DNA of 39,635 nt from Parafilimonas sp. (GCA_025927795.1 JAICKT010000001.1:1-39635); one strand, 5' to 3'; counted from the stretch's first letter, positions 19,232 through 29,392 are shown. The notes: generated from the sequence alone by a model not told the origin. Numbers and translations: made by a program.

Positions 19232-21754
19232 ATGAACGTAAAAAAATATTTTCACTGCATTGCATTTATCGTTTCTTTTTTTATTGTTGATTTTTCTTTT
19301 GCACAAACACCTGCCAGTTACAACTGCGACGATATTTATCTCCAGTTAAAAAAATTAAATGTGCTTGGCAGCGTGTTGTATATCGCTGCGCATCCTGATG
19401 ATGAGAATACGAGATTGCTTACTTATTTTTCCAAAGAAAAATTATACCGAACAGGTTATATGAGTTTAACACGCGGCGACGGCGGACAAAATTTAATAGG
19501 AGATGTGCAAGGCATTGATTTAGGTTTGATAAGAACGCAGGAACTTTTATCTGCAAGAAGAATTGATGGCGCAGAACAATTTTTTAGTCGTGCATATGAT
19601 TTTGGTTTTTCTAAAAGTTCTGATGAAGCATTGCGCACATGGCACCACGATAAAATTTTAAGCGATGTAGTTTGGGTAATAAGAAATTTTCAGCCCGATA
19701 TAATTATTACACGTTTCCCCGGCGATGCACGTGCAGGTCATGGTCATCATGCAGCGTCTTCAATATTGGCGAACGAAGCATTCACGGCTGCAGCAGATCC
19801 AAATAAATTTTCTGAACAATTAAAATATGGTGTAAAACCCTGGCAGGCAAAACGCATTCTCTGGAACAATTACAATTTTGGCGGTAATAACACAATAAGT
19901 CCGGATCAATTTAAAATGAATATCGGCATGTATAATCCTTTGCTTGGAAAAAGCATGGGTGAAATTGCCGGTGAAAGCCGCAGCCAGCATAAGAGCCAGG
20001 GTTTTGGTGCATCAAGACAAAGAGGCGAATCGTATGAATATTTTTCTTTAACGGGAGGTGAACCTATAAAAGATAGTTTATTTGATGATGTGGTTACAAC
20101 ATGGCAGCGTGTACAGGGCGGCAAAAATATTCAACAACAAATTGAAAAAATTATAAGTAACTATCAATTTGAGCATCCTGAAAATTCTGTGAATGCATTG
20201 GTTGAATTGTATAAATCAATTCAGCAATTACCTGATGGTTATTGGCGAAATAAAAAACTGGATGAGGTTAAACAAATTATTATTGAATGCAGCGGAATTT
20301 ATATAGAAGCAACCACTTCAAATGAGTTTGCCATTCCGCAACAAAAATTTAATGTTCAGTTTTTAATTGATAAAAGATTGAATGATGATGTGCAATTGAA
20401 AAATATTAAGCTGCTCAATTTTGATTCTGTTATCAATAAAAATTTGCCAACAGATATTAATGTAAATTATGAAAGAAGTTTTTGGGTTGATAAAAACACA
20501 CCCATCACACAACCATACTGGCTGCAATATCCTTTGGATAGCATTGGCAGTTTTACAGTAAACAATCAGCAATTAATTGGCAAAGCGCAAAATGATGCGG
20601 CTTACACTGCCTTATTTACTTTTACGATTAATGGCACAGATATTACAATTGAAAAACCTGTTCAATATAAATTTACTGATCCTGTAAAAGGTGAAATGTA
20701 TGAGCCTTTTGTTGTAGTAAATCCTTTGGGTGTTTCATTGCAACCATCAGTAATATTAACCAATATTAAAAATGAGAATTCAGTTATTAAAAACGATGAA
20801 GCGCATGTTCGTGTAAAAAGTTTTATCGAATCACCCAACACACAATTGCAATTATTTTTTGTGCAAGGCAAAGATTCAACGTTGATAAAAGACACTACAG
20901 CAGACCTTCAATACAATGCCGTGTACGATTTTAATTTTTCGCTCAATTCATTTTATAAAAAAGATAAAGCCGATCCTGTTGTTGCAGTAAAAATAAAAGC
21001 AGATGATTACACAAATGCATACTCAGGCGATTTGCATACGATAGAATACGAGCACATTCCTTTTATACATTATACTTCAACAGATGAAATAAAAGTGATT
21101 GATGAAGAAGTAAAAACTGTTGGTAAAAAAATTGGTTATATTGTTGGTGCAGGTGATAAAGTGCCGCAGGCTTTGCAGCAAATGGGTTATGATATAAAAA
21201 TTTTAAATGAGGCTGATGTTACAAATGCAAATCTTAAACAATTTGATGCCATCATAACAGGCGTGCGTGCATACAACGTGCATGAATGGCTTAACGAAAA
21301 ATACGATGTGCTGATGCATTATATAAAAGATGGCGGCAATTTAATTGTTCAATACAATACCAATAATCAAATTGGTTCTGTGAAGGCGGATATTGGTCCT
21401 TATAATTTTACCATCAGTCGCACAAGAGTTACAGAAGAAAATGCAAACGTTGACTTCTTATTACCCAATCATTCTGCATTAAATTATCCAAACAAAATAA
21501 CAAAAGCAGATTTTGATAACTGGATACAGGAACGCAGCACCTACCAGGCAGAACAAATGGATTCACATTTTGAAGCATTGTTAAGTATGCATGACGTGAA
21601 TGAACCAGAAAGCAACGGCAGTTTAGTAATTGCAAAATATGGTAAAGGAAATTTTGTGTATGCAAGTCTTGTTTTTTTTAGAGAGTTGCCGGCTGGCGGT
21701 TCAGGTGCGTATAAATTGATGGCTAATTTAATTGCATTGCCGAAAAATAAATAA
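19232..21754 (+). CDS. Exported PIG-L/LmbE family deacetylase with C-terminal class I GATase-like domain
   Basis: Signal peptide, AAHPDDE, TRGDGGQN, R-QEL, GHGHH, RSQHKSQGFG. Confidence 0.88.
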   Translation: MNVKKYFHCIAFIVSFFIVDFSFAQTPASYNCDDIYLQLKKLNVLGSVLYIAAHPDDENTRLLTYFSKEKLYRTGYMSLTRGDGGQNLIGDVQGIDLGLIRTQELLSARRIDGAEQFFSRAYDFGFSKSSDEALRTWHHDKILSDVVWVIRNFQPDIIITRFPGDARAGHGHHAASSILANEAFTAAADPNKFSEQLKYGVKPWQAKRILWNNYNFGGNNTISPDQFKMNIGMYNPLLGKSMGEIAGESRSQHKSQGFGASRQRGESYEYFSLTGGEPIKDSLFDDVVTTWQRVQGGKNIQQQIEKIISNYQFEHPENSVNALVELYKSIQQLPDGYWRNKKLDEVKQIIIECSGIYIEATTSNEFAIPQQKFNVQFLIDKRLNDDVQLKNIKLLNFDSVINKNLPTDINVNYERSFWVDKNTPITQPYWLQYPLDSIGSFTVNNQQLIGKAQNDAAYTALFTFTINGTDITIEKPVQYKFTDPVKGEMYEPFVVVNPLGVSLQPSVILTNIKNENSVIKNDEAHVRVKSFIESPNTQLQLFFVQGKDSTLIKDTTADLQYNAVYDFNFSLNSFYKKDKADPVVAVKIKADDYTNAYSGDLHTIEYEHIPFIHYTSTDEIKVIDEEVKTVGKKIGYIVGAGDKVPQALQQMGYDIKILNEADVTNANLKQFDAIITGVRAYNVHEWLNEKYDVLMHYIKDGGNLIVQYNTNNQIGSVKADIGPYNFTISRTRVTEENANVDFLLPNHSALNYPNKITKADFDNWIQERSTYQAEQMDSHFEALLSMHDVNEPESNGSLVIAKYGKGNFVYASLVFFRELPAGGSGAYKLMANLIALPKNK

Positions 21755-21755
21755 T

Positions 21756-21902
21756 ATGCACTCAAGGCGAAGAATCAGTTTTCTTTTATTGCTTATTATT
21801 GGTGTTGTGCTTGGTATTGTTATAAAAAATATTAAGATTGGAATGATAATCGGCATAGCGATTGGTTTATTTGCCGGTAGCCTAGGAAGCAGAAATGAAT
21901 AA
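21756..21902 (+). CDS. Small membrane protein, 48 aa (not in ORF track)
   Basis: MHSRRRISFLLLLIIGVVLGIVIKNIKIGMIIGIAIGLFAGSLGSRNE*; starts 1 nt after the upstream stop and fills the gap. Confidence 0.7.
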   Translation: MHSRRRISFLLLLIIGVVLGIVIKNIKIGMIIGIAIGLFAGSLGSRNE

Positions 21903-21922
21903 ATGTTCATTTAAATTTTACT

Positions 21923-22420
21923 ATGCGCTTTTTTAAACTTGCTGTAATTAGTTTAATCATCATTTTTTTATTGTTTACATGTATTGGATTATTTCTGCCC
22001 TCATCTGTAACAGTTACAAGAAAAGAATTTATAAATGCTTCTGCAGACAGTGTGCGATTTTATACAAACAATATTTATCACTGGAAATATTGGCTGAATG
22101 GTGTTGACACAAATTATAAATTATCCACAGCAGAAAATGCAACCATTAAATTAGGCTCATATACTATTTCTGTTTTGAAAAATACGCCTGAAAACATTGC
22201 AACATCATGGAATGCGAAAAATACAAAAGACCGTGTTTGTCACATTCAGCTTGATGACAGCGAACCTAATGTTACTACAATTTATATGAGCTTTCAACAA
22301 CATTTAAGCTGGCTGCCATGGGACAGGTTAGGAGGGATGTTGCACGATGAAGTAATTGGCCCTTCCATACAGGCAAGTTTAGAAAAATTAAAAGAGGTAG
22401 TTGAAAAAACTTCAAACTAA
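21923..22420 (+). CDS. SRPBCC/START-like protein with N-terminal membrane anchor
   Basis: TM helix, then LPSSVTVTRKEFINA...WKYW... and C-terminal GP---SLEKLK helix. Confidence 0.65.
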   Translation: MRFFKLAVISLIIIFLLFTCIGLFLPSSVTVTRKEFINASADSVRFYTNNIYHWKYWLNGVDTNYKLSTAENATIKLGSYTISVLKNTPENIATSWNAKNTKDRVCHIQLDDSEPNVTTIYMSFQQHLSWLPWDRLGGMLHDEVIGPSIQASLEKLKEVVEKTSN

Positions 22421-23752
22421 TTCCAATATCACCGCATAAACTTTTTTCAATTCACTTTCACTAATACAATACGGCGGCATAATATAAACTGTGTTACCAA
22501 GCGGTCTTATATAAACTCCTTTTTCCAGGGATTTTTTTGTAATAATTGTGCTGATGTTGTTCAGATATTCATCGTTGCCTTGTGCAATTTCAAAAGCTAA
22601 AATTGTACCCAGTACACGCACATTTTTTATTCCACTCAATTGCCGTAACTGTTGTGCAAATGCAATATTTTGTTCTGAAATGAAATTTACTTTTTGTAAA
22701 GAATTTTCCTGCTCAAATAAATCCAGGCTCGCATTTGCTGCTGTACATGCTAATGGATTTGCAGTAAAAGAATGACCATGAAAAAAGGTTTTCTTTGCAT
22801 CATCACTTACAAAAGCAGAATAAATTTTCTCTGAACATGCTGTTACACCTAAAGCCATTGTGCCGCCGGTTATTCCTTTGCTTAGGCAAATAATATCGGG
22901 TTTGGTTTGCATGTATTCACTCGCAAACATTTTTCCTGTGCGTCCAAAACCTGTCATCACCTCATCAGCAATACAAATAATATTTTTTTGTTGAACAAAT
23001 AGCAGCAATTCATCCATTAAAACAGAACTATACATTTTCATTCCACCAGCTCCTTGTACCAATGGTTCGTAAATAAATGCAGCTATTTCATTTGCATGTT
23101 CATCAATAATTTTTTTTGTTGATGAAATATTTTCTTCCGTAGGTACATCAATAAATATTACTTCAAATAATAAATCATGAAAAGCAAGTGTAAACACGCT
23201 TCTGTCGCTTACGCTCATTGAACCAAATGTGTCACCATGGTAGGAGTTGTTGAATGCGATAATTTTATTTTGGTTTCCAGTTTCCAGTTTTCTGTTTTCT
23301 GTTCTCTGTTTTCTGTTTGATGATTCACGATTCTCCATTGACCATTGATTATTCACCATTGACCCTCTCTCGTTCCACCAATATTGTACAGCCATTTTAA
23401 TCGCTACTTCCGTTGATGTAGAGCCATCATCGCTAAAAAATATTTTTGAAAAATTTCCGGGCAAAATTTTTATTAATCTTTCTGCAAGCTTAACTGCAGG
23501 TTCGTGTGTAAAGCCTGCAAAAATTATATGTTCTAACTGCAATGCCTGCTGATAAATTTTTTCAGCAATGTATGGATGCGCATGACCATGAACATTTACC
23601 CACCAACTGCTAATCGCATCAATATATTCCTTATCATTTTCATCAAACAACAAACTGCCTTTTGCATTTTTAATGGCAATTGGTGGCTGCATATTTTTTT
23701 GTTGCGTAAAAGGATGCCAGATAAAATTTTTATCGTGTTCAATTAAATTCAT
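22412..23752 (-). CDS. bioA: Adenosylmethionine-8-amino-7-oxononanoate aminotransferase, with a repeat-derived insert
   Basis: IWHPFTQ, DAISSWW, SYHGDT, EPLVQGAGGM, ADEVMTGFGRTG, LSKGITGG, HGHSF, IRPLGN. Confidence 0.95.
   Translation of the reverse strand: MNLIEHDKNFIWHPFTQQKNMQPPIAIKNAKGSLLFDENDKEYIDAISSWWVNVHGHAHPYIAEKIYQQALQLEHIIFAGFTHEPAVKLAERLIKILPGNFSKIFFSDDGSTSTEVAIKMAVQYWWNERGSMVNNQWSMENRESSNRKQRTENRKLETGNQNKIIAFNNSYHGDTFGSMSVSDRSVFTLAFHDLLFEVIFIDVPTEENISSTKKIIDEHANEIAAFIYEPLVQGAGGMKMYSSVLMDELLLFVQQKNIICIADEVMTGFGRTGKMFASEYMQTKPDIICLSKGITGGTMALGVTACSEKIYSAFVSDDAKKTFFHGHSFTANPLACTAANASLDLFEQENSLQKVNFISEQNIAFAQQLRQLSGIKNVRVLGTILAFEIAQGNDEYLNNISTIITKKSLEKGVYIRPLGNTVYIMPPYCISESELKKVYAVILELV
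23272..23362. repeat. 13 x 7-bp phased tandem array inside bioA (two unit families)
   Basis: ggtttcc agtttcc agttttc tgttttc tgttctc tgttttc tgtttga | tgattca cgattct ccattga ccattga ttattca ccattga. Confidence 0.9.
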
Positions 23753-23805
23753 GCCGCAAAAATAGGTTGATGCTGTTTTTAAAAACTGTATTAATATTGC
23801 GCCCT

Positions 23806-24375
23806 ATGGCAAAAAAGATTTTATTTATTGACAGAGACGGAACACTTATTAAAGAACCGTCAAGCGGCAACATAGATACATGGGATAAACTTGAGTTTTA
23901 TCCGCATGTTTTTAAATACACGAATTTAATTGCAACCGAATTTGATTATGAATTAATCATGGTTTCAAACCAGGATGGATTAGGAACAGAATATTTTCCA
24001 ATGGAAGATTTTTTGCCCGTTCACAATTTTGTGCTTAAGGCTTTTGAAAATGAAGATGTACATTTTACTTCTGTTTATATTGACCCATCACTAAAAGAAG
24101 ATAAATCGCCCAACCGCAAGCCTCGTATTGGTTTGGTAAAGCAATACATGAATAATGCGGATTATGATTTGGAAAATTCTTATGTAATTGGCGACAGGAT
24201 TACAGATGTGCAGTTTGCAAAAAATCTTGGTTGCAAAGCCTTGTGGCTAAATACACATCCCGGTCTCGGCATGAAAGAAATAACGGATACCGAAGAGGTA
24301 TTACGCGCCACAAGTCTTGCTTTGGAAACAACCAATTGGCAGAGCATCTATCAGTTTCTGCGCAAAAATTCGTGA
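23806..24375 (+). CDS. Histidinol-phosphatase (stand-alone HisB N-terminal HAD domain)
   Basis: FIDRDGTLI-EP, SNQDGLGT, RKP, YVIGDR-TD; no IGPD domain. Likely start ATG 23806. Confidence 0.8.
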   Translation: MAKKILFIDRDGTLIKEPSSGNIDTWDKLEFYPHVFKYTNLIATEFDYELIMVSNQDGLGTEYFPMEDFLPVHNFVLKAFENEDVHFTSVYIDPSLKEDKSPNRKPRIGLVKQYMNNADYDLENSYVIGDRITDVQFAKNLGCKALWLNTHPGLGMKEITDTEEVLRATSLALETTNWQSIYQFLRKNS

Positions 24376-24378
24376 AGT

Positions 24379-26148
24379 CTACTGCTTCACAAACTTTATC
24401 GTTGAGATTGTATTACCTGCAATAATTTCAAGATAATAAAAACCTCTGCTTATATTTTTAATATTCCAAGCGTAGTCTGAAATATTATGTACGTTAGTTT
24501 CTGCAACAGCGTTTCCTCTTACATCATGTATAATCAAATGATAATTAGCTGAAGTATTGAATCCTTTAACATGAAGCACATCTTTCACAGGATTTGGATA
24601 AACCACAAATATATTTCCATCACTAAACACAACACTTGCAATTTGCGAATAAGAGAACTTTCCATCTTTATCAACCTGCTTTAAACGATAGAAATTAGTG
24701 CCTTGCAATGGTTGCACATCAGTAAATGAATAGGCGTGTTTATTATTTGAATATATTTTATTAAGCTCAGTAAAATTATAACCTGAAGAACGTTCAACGC
24801 TGAAATAATTATTATTTATTTCATTTGCCGTTTGCCAGTTGAGTAAAACGCTCTGTTGTTGTTTACTCGCTGAAAAATTAAAATAGGTAACAGGCAATGT
24901 AGCATTGCTTTGATAACGAACAACTACAAACGAATCAGTATAATATAGAACAGTAGTATCTAATTTAACTACCTGGTAACCGCCGATAATTATTTTACCA
25001 TCCGGCTGCAAAGCTGCAGACTTGCACGAAACGGAATCACCAAACTGCGTTGTGATGATGCTGCCGTTATTACCAAACGTATTATCAATTACACCATTGC
25101 AGTTAAATCTTGCCAACGTAGGTTTATGAAAATGATAAACATCTGTATAATCACCTGCAACAATTATTTTTCCATCTTGTTGCAGCAGCACTTTTTTCGG
25201 GTCTGCAGAGGCTGCATCAAATTGCAAACTGGCAATTGCATTATTGCCAAAACTGTTATCAAGGCTTCCGTCTGAATTATATCTTACAATCGCCGTTTTA
25301 AAATATGTGTTGTATTGAGGCGTATAATCGTAACGTCCGGCAGCAATAATTTTTCCATCATTTTGCAATGTGATGCTGTTTATACATTCGTTCTTATCTG
25401 TTAAATCAGTAAGCACAATACCGCCATTACCAAACTGATTATCTAAGCTGCCATCGTTTAAATATCGCGCAAGTAAAAAATTATTTGCCCCAATGCCTTG
25501 TCCGCCAACTAAAATTTTTCCGTCAATTTGTATTGCAACATCAAGGGCAATATATGCCGATGAAAGAACTGTATAACCTTTTTGCGCAAAAGATAAATCG
25601 AACTGCCCATTAGAAAGAAATCTCGCCACTAAAGCATTCATGCCATTTACATTGCCGGCTAAAACTATTTTGCCATCATTTTGCAGTTTAAGTGAATAAC
25701 AATAAGAATAACGGATGCCATCGAACTGCGGTTGCAAAAGACCATTATTTCCAAAAGAAGAATCAAGCGTTCCGTTAGGTAAATATTTTGCAAGCATAAC
25801 ATTCCCTAAAAAACCGCCCGCTAAAATTTTACCATCAGGTAAAACAACAATGCTTTGAATGCTTCCACCATAAAATGTAATTACTTTTCCGTTTGTTCCA
25901 AACGAAGAATCTACAGTGCCATTTGCATTAAAGCGAACGATGCAGTATCCTGAATTATTTACGTTTTCGCCTCCACGTCCGCCAATTAAAATTTTACCAT
26001 CGGCTTGAATAGCCATGGCTGAGCAAACGCCGCCTCCCGTTCGTATTGCAGCCTTGCCATTGCAATAAAAATTATAGTCTAATGCAGGACTTTGAGAAAA
26101 ACAGGTACTGACTATAGCAAGTACTATTAAAGTAAATGCTGGTTTCAT
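24379..26148 (-). CDS. T9SS type A secreted protein with seven delta-60 (DUF5122-like) beta-propeller repeats
   Basis: Seven xxDGKIxxxG units (six QxDGKI) with G-LD-SFG--G linkers; LPV...YRLKQVDKDG Ig module; YPNPVKD...KFVKQ CTD. Confidence 0.9.
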   Translation of the reverse strand: MKPAFTLIVLAIVSTCFSQSPALDYNFYCNGKAAIRTGGGVCSAMAIQADGKILIGGRGGENVNNSGYCIVRFNANGTVDSSFGTNGKVITFYGGSIQSIVVLPDGKILAGGFLGNVMLAKYLPNGTLDSSFGNNGLLQPQFDGIRYSYCYSLKLQNDGKIVLAGNVNGMNALVARFLSNGQFDLSFAQKGYTVLSSAYIALDVAIQIDGKILVGGQGIGANNFLLARYLNDGSLDNQFGNGGIVLTDLTDKNECINSITLQNDGKIIAAGRYDYTPQYNTYFKTAIVRYNSDGSLDNSFGNNAIASLQFDAASADPKKVLLQQDGKIIVAGDYTDVYHFHKPTLARFNCNGVIDNTFGNNGSIITTQFGDSVSCKSAALQPDGKIIIGGYQVVKLDTTVLYYTDSFVVVRYQSNATLPVTYFNFSASKQQQSVLLNWQTANEINNNYFSVERSSGYNFTELNKIYSNNKHAYSFTDVQPLQGTNFYRLKQVDKDGKFSYSQIASVVFSDGNIFVVYPNPVKDVLHVKGFNTSANYHLIIHDVRGNAVAETNVHNISDYAWNIKNISRGFYYLEIIAGNTISTIKFVKQ

Positions 26149-26377
26149 ATATTGGATTTAAATTATTGCTGCTTTTAATATTACCGCAGCTTAAAATTGC
26201 TATAGAACGCTCAACAATTTTATTTCGATATGAACTTATAAAATATATGTGGAGATAGCTGCATTAAGAATTTTTGGGATACTAAAATAAACAATAGCGT
26301 ATGCATACGATAATATAGCAACAATAATTTTTATGGAAATTATTTATTTCTGCATCCATTAAATTAAGCTTTGCACT

Positions 26378-26944
26378 GTGAACGATAAAGAGTTTCAACA
26401 TTTAACCGACCAGCAATTACTGCAGGCATTTTATGAAACCGGCAATAAAAGATTGCTGGGTATTTTGCTGCAGCGTTATACTTTATTGCTGTTAGGTGTT
26501 TGCATGAAATATTTAAAAAATGAAGAAGCGGCAAAAGATGCGGTGCAGCAAATTTTTTTAAAAGTGATTGGTGAGTTAAAGCGATATAAAGTACAATTTT
26601 TTAAAAGCTGGTTGTATATGATTGCAAAAAATCATTGCCTTATGCAACTGCGCAATAAAAATCATAATCATCATGCAGATGTTGAAGAAAATTTAAGCCC
26701 GGAAGAAGAAACGCCTTTGCAAAAACACATAGAAAAAGAAAAGTTGTTGTCGTTGTTAGAAGTTTCATTAGAGCAATTAAACGATGAGCAAAGAAGATGT
26801 ATAACTTTATTTTATCTTGAAAAAGAATCTTATCAGCAAATAAGCGAACAAACAGGCTTTAGTTTAGCGCAGATAAAAAGTTTTATTCAAAATGGCAAAC
26901 GCAATTTAAAATTACTGGTAGAAAAAAAACTGAAGCAGCAATAA
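26378..26944 (+). CDS. ECF-type RNA polymerase sigma factor
   Basis: AKDAVQQIFLK, FKSWLYMIAKN, region 4 SYQQISE...KSFIQNGKRNLK. Confidence 0.9.
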   Translation: MNDKEFQHLTDQQLLQAFYETGNKRLLGILLQRYTLLLLGVCMKYLKNEEAAKDAVQQIFLKVIGELKRYKVQFFKSWLYMIAKNHCLMQLRNKNHNHHADVEENLSPEEETPLQKHIEKEKLLSLLEVSLEQLNDEQRRCITLFYLEKESYQQISEQTGFSLAQIKSFIQNGKRNLKLLVEKKLKQQ

Positions 26945-27294
26945 TGGAAGAATTATTAAACATATGGAATGCAGATGATGAACTGAATGAAGATGAACTG
27001 ATGAATTATGTAAACAATAAATCTTCAGAAGGAGAGAAGCATGAAGTAGAAAAAAAAATGGCTGATTCATCTTTTGTGAATGATGCAGTGGAAGGTTTGC
27101 AGAATTTTTCTTCCACAGAAAAAGTGAATGCTTACGTGCAACAGGCAAACCAGGAGCTGCATAAATATTTGCATGAAAAAAAATTAGCAAGAAAGAAAAA
27201 TATCACCGGCTTATCATGGCAAATTATTGCCGTTATTACTATTATACTGCTTTGCATTTTAGGTTATGTTATTATTGAAATGATGAAGAAATAG
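26944..27294 (+). CDS. Putative membrane anti-sigma factor
   Basis: TAATG-coupled to the sigma gene; ASD-like N-terminus (ELMNY...EKHEVEK...DAVEGL) and one C-terminal TM helix. Confidence 0.65.
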   Translation: MEELLNIWNADDELNEDELMNYVNNKSSEGEKHEVEKKMADSSFVNDAVEGLQNFSSTEKVNAYVQQANQELHKYLHEKKLARKKNITGLSWQIIAVITIILLCILGYVIIEMMKK

Positions 27295-27451
27295 AATTAT
27301 ATAATTGTGTTAAGTTTATCAAGTTTATCTTTTCATTTCTCAACACGTCTTATTTATTACTTCTTGCATCTGTTGAACTACTTGCACAAATAAAGTAAAT
27401 CATTTCACGGTTGAACTTTCTTTAAAACTGCTCTCTCCCTATAAATTCCGG

Positions 27452-27466
27452 TGGCAAGGCTTTTGT
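27452..27466 (+). promoter_or_regulatory. sigma54-like -24/-12 promoter motif
   Basis: TGGCAAGGCTTTTGT versus consensus TGGCAC-N5-TTGC with correct spacing; 66 nt upstream of the cluster's first ATG. Confidence 0.55.
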
Positions 27467-27532
27467 ACTTATACATGAAACAGGTCGAAAATCTCCTGCT
27501 TACATTTTAATTGTCCCTATCAAATTTTTTTT

Positions 27533-29344
27533 ATGAGTAAAACTGTTGGTGATTATTTGATTCAACGCTTGCATGCATGGAATATTTCAAGAATTTTCGG
27601 TTTTCCCGGCGATGGTATTAACGGGTTAATGGGTGCATTAAATCGTTCTGATAATTTAATAGATTTTGTGCAGGTGCGGCACGAAGAAAACGCAGCGTTC
27701 ATGGCTTGTGCACATGCAAAGTTTACCGGCGAAGTTGGAATTTGTATGGCAACTTCTGGTCCTGGTGCCATACATTTATTAAATGGTTTGTATGATGCAA
27801 AATTGGATCATCAACCGGTTGTTGCTATCGTTGGTCAATCAGCTACAACTGCTATGGGCGGCGACTTTCAGCAGGAAGTGGATTTAAATTCTTTGTATAA
27901 AGATGTGGCGCATGAATATGTGCATACATTAATGGACCCATCTCAAACACGCACACTTGTTGACCGTGCAATCCGTATTGCAAAAATTGAACGCACGGTA
28001 ACATGCATTATTATTCCAAACAATTTGCAGGATGAAAAATATGAAGAGCCTGCACGCATGCATAATTCAATTCACACCAGTTTACATTTTTCTTACCCGC
28101 AAATTATACCTGCGCAAAGCGATTTAAAAAAAGCAGCCAACATTTTAAACGAAGGAAAAAAAGTTGCAATGCTTATTGGTGCAGGCGCTTACAACGCAGC
28201 CGATGAAGTAATGCAGGTTGCAGAATTGTTAGGTGCAGGTGTTGCAAAAGCTTTGTTGGGTAAAGATGTGTTGCCAGATGATTTGCCTTACGTTACCGGC
28301 GCCATTGGTTTGCTCGGTACAAAACCAAGTTGGGATTTGATGATGGATTGTGATACATTATTTATGGTTGGTTCAAGTTTCCCTTATTCAGAATTCTTGC
28401 CGAAAGAGGGACAGGCAAGGGGAATTCAAATTGATATTAATGGAAAGATGCTCGGTATTCGTTATCCAATGGAATTGAATTTACAAGGTGATAGCCGCGA
28501 AACATTAAGCGCATTAATTCCATTATTAAAAAGAAAAGAAGATAGAAGCTGGCGTGAAGAAATTGAAAAGAATATAAAAGAATGGTGGAAGGTGATTGAA
28601 GCAAGAGCAATGAACAGCGCGAACCCGATTAACCCGCAAAGAATTTTTTGGGAGCTATCATCACGACTTCCTGATAATTGTATTTTATCTTCTGATTCCG
28701 GAACATCGGCTGATTGGTTTGCACGTGATTTAAAAATTCGCAAAGGAATGCGGGCATCACTTTCAGGAAATTTGGCAACGATGTGCCCGGGCGTGCCTTA
28801 TGCAACCGCTGCAAAATTTGCTTATCCAGACAGGGTTTCCATTGCATTGGTTGGTGATGGTGCGATGCAAATGTTAGGCAATAATGGTTTAATTACTATT
28901 TCAAAATACTGGAAAAAATGGAGCAATCCGCGAATGATGATTGTTGTATTAAACAACCGCGATTTAAACCAGGTTACATGGGAACAGCGCGTAATGGAAG
29001 GCGACCCGAAATTTGAAGTTTCGCAGGACGTGCCTGATTTTCCTTATGCGGAATATGCAAAAATGCTCGGGCTTGATGGAATTAAAGTTGACAAGGAAGA
29101 AAATATTATTGATGCTATTGAAACAGCATTGGCTTGCAATAAACCTGTTGTGTTAGAAGCATACACAGACCCATCTGTGCCGCCATTGCCGCCGCATATT
29201 TCGTTTAAACAAGCGAAAGCATTTATGAGTTCAATGGTGAAGGGGGATGAAAATACATGGGATATGATAAAGCAATCGTGGAAAGATGTGATAGAAAATT
29301 TTATTCCACATAAGACGAAAGAAACAAGTGAAGCAGTTAGTTAA
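27533..29344 (+). CDS. Thiamine-pyrophosphate-requiring enzyme (pyruvate oxidase/PoxB-like family)
   Basis: FGFPGDGING, RHEE-AAFMA, TSGPGAIHLLNGLYDA, GDGAMQM...LNNRDLN. Confidence 0.9.
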   Translation: MSKTVGDYLIQRLHAWNISRIFGFPGDGINGLMGALNRSDNLIDFVQVRHEENAAFMACAHAKFTGEVGICMATSGPGAIHLLNGLYDAKLDHQPVVAIVGQSATTAMGGDFQQEVDLNSLYKDVAHEYVHTLMDPSQTRTLVDRAIRIAKIERTVTCIIIPNNLQDEKYEEPARMHNSIHTSLHFSYPQIIPAQSDLKKAANILNEGKKVAMLIGAGAYNAADEVMQVAELLGAGVAKALLGKDVLPDDLPYVTGAIGLLGTKPSWDLMMDCDTLFMVGSSFPYSEFLPKEGQARGIQIDINGKMLGIRYPMELNLQGDSRETLSALIPLLKRKEDRSWREEIEKNIKEWWKVIEARAMNSANPINPQRIFWELSSRLPDNCILSSDSGTSADWFARDLKIRKGMRASLSGNLATMCPGVPYATAAKFAYPDRVSIALVGDGAMQMLGNNGLITISKYWKKWSNPRMMIVVLNNRDLNQVTWEQRVMEGDPKFEVSQDVPDFPYAEYAKMLGLDGIKVDKEENIIDAIETALACNKPVVLEAYTDPSVPPLPPHISFKQAKAFMSSMVKGDENTWDMIKQSWKDVIENFIPHKTKETSEAVS

Positions 29345-29392
29345 TTGTAGAATTATTTTTAATACTGCTTGTTTAAAATAATGTTTTACGAC

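Noticed and set aside
24900-26020. Repeated DNA segments in the T9SS gene
   Set aside because: Explained by the seven protein-level delta-60 repeats
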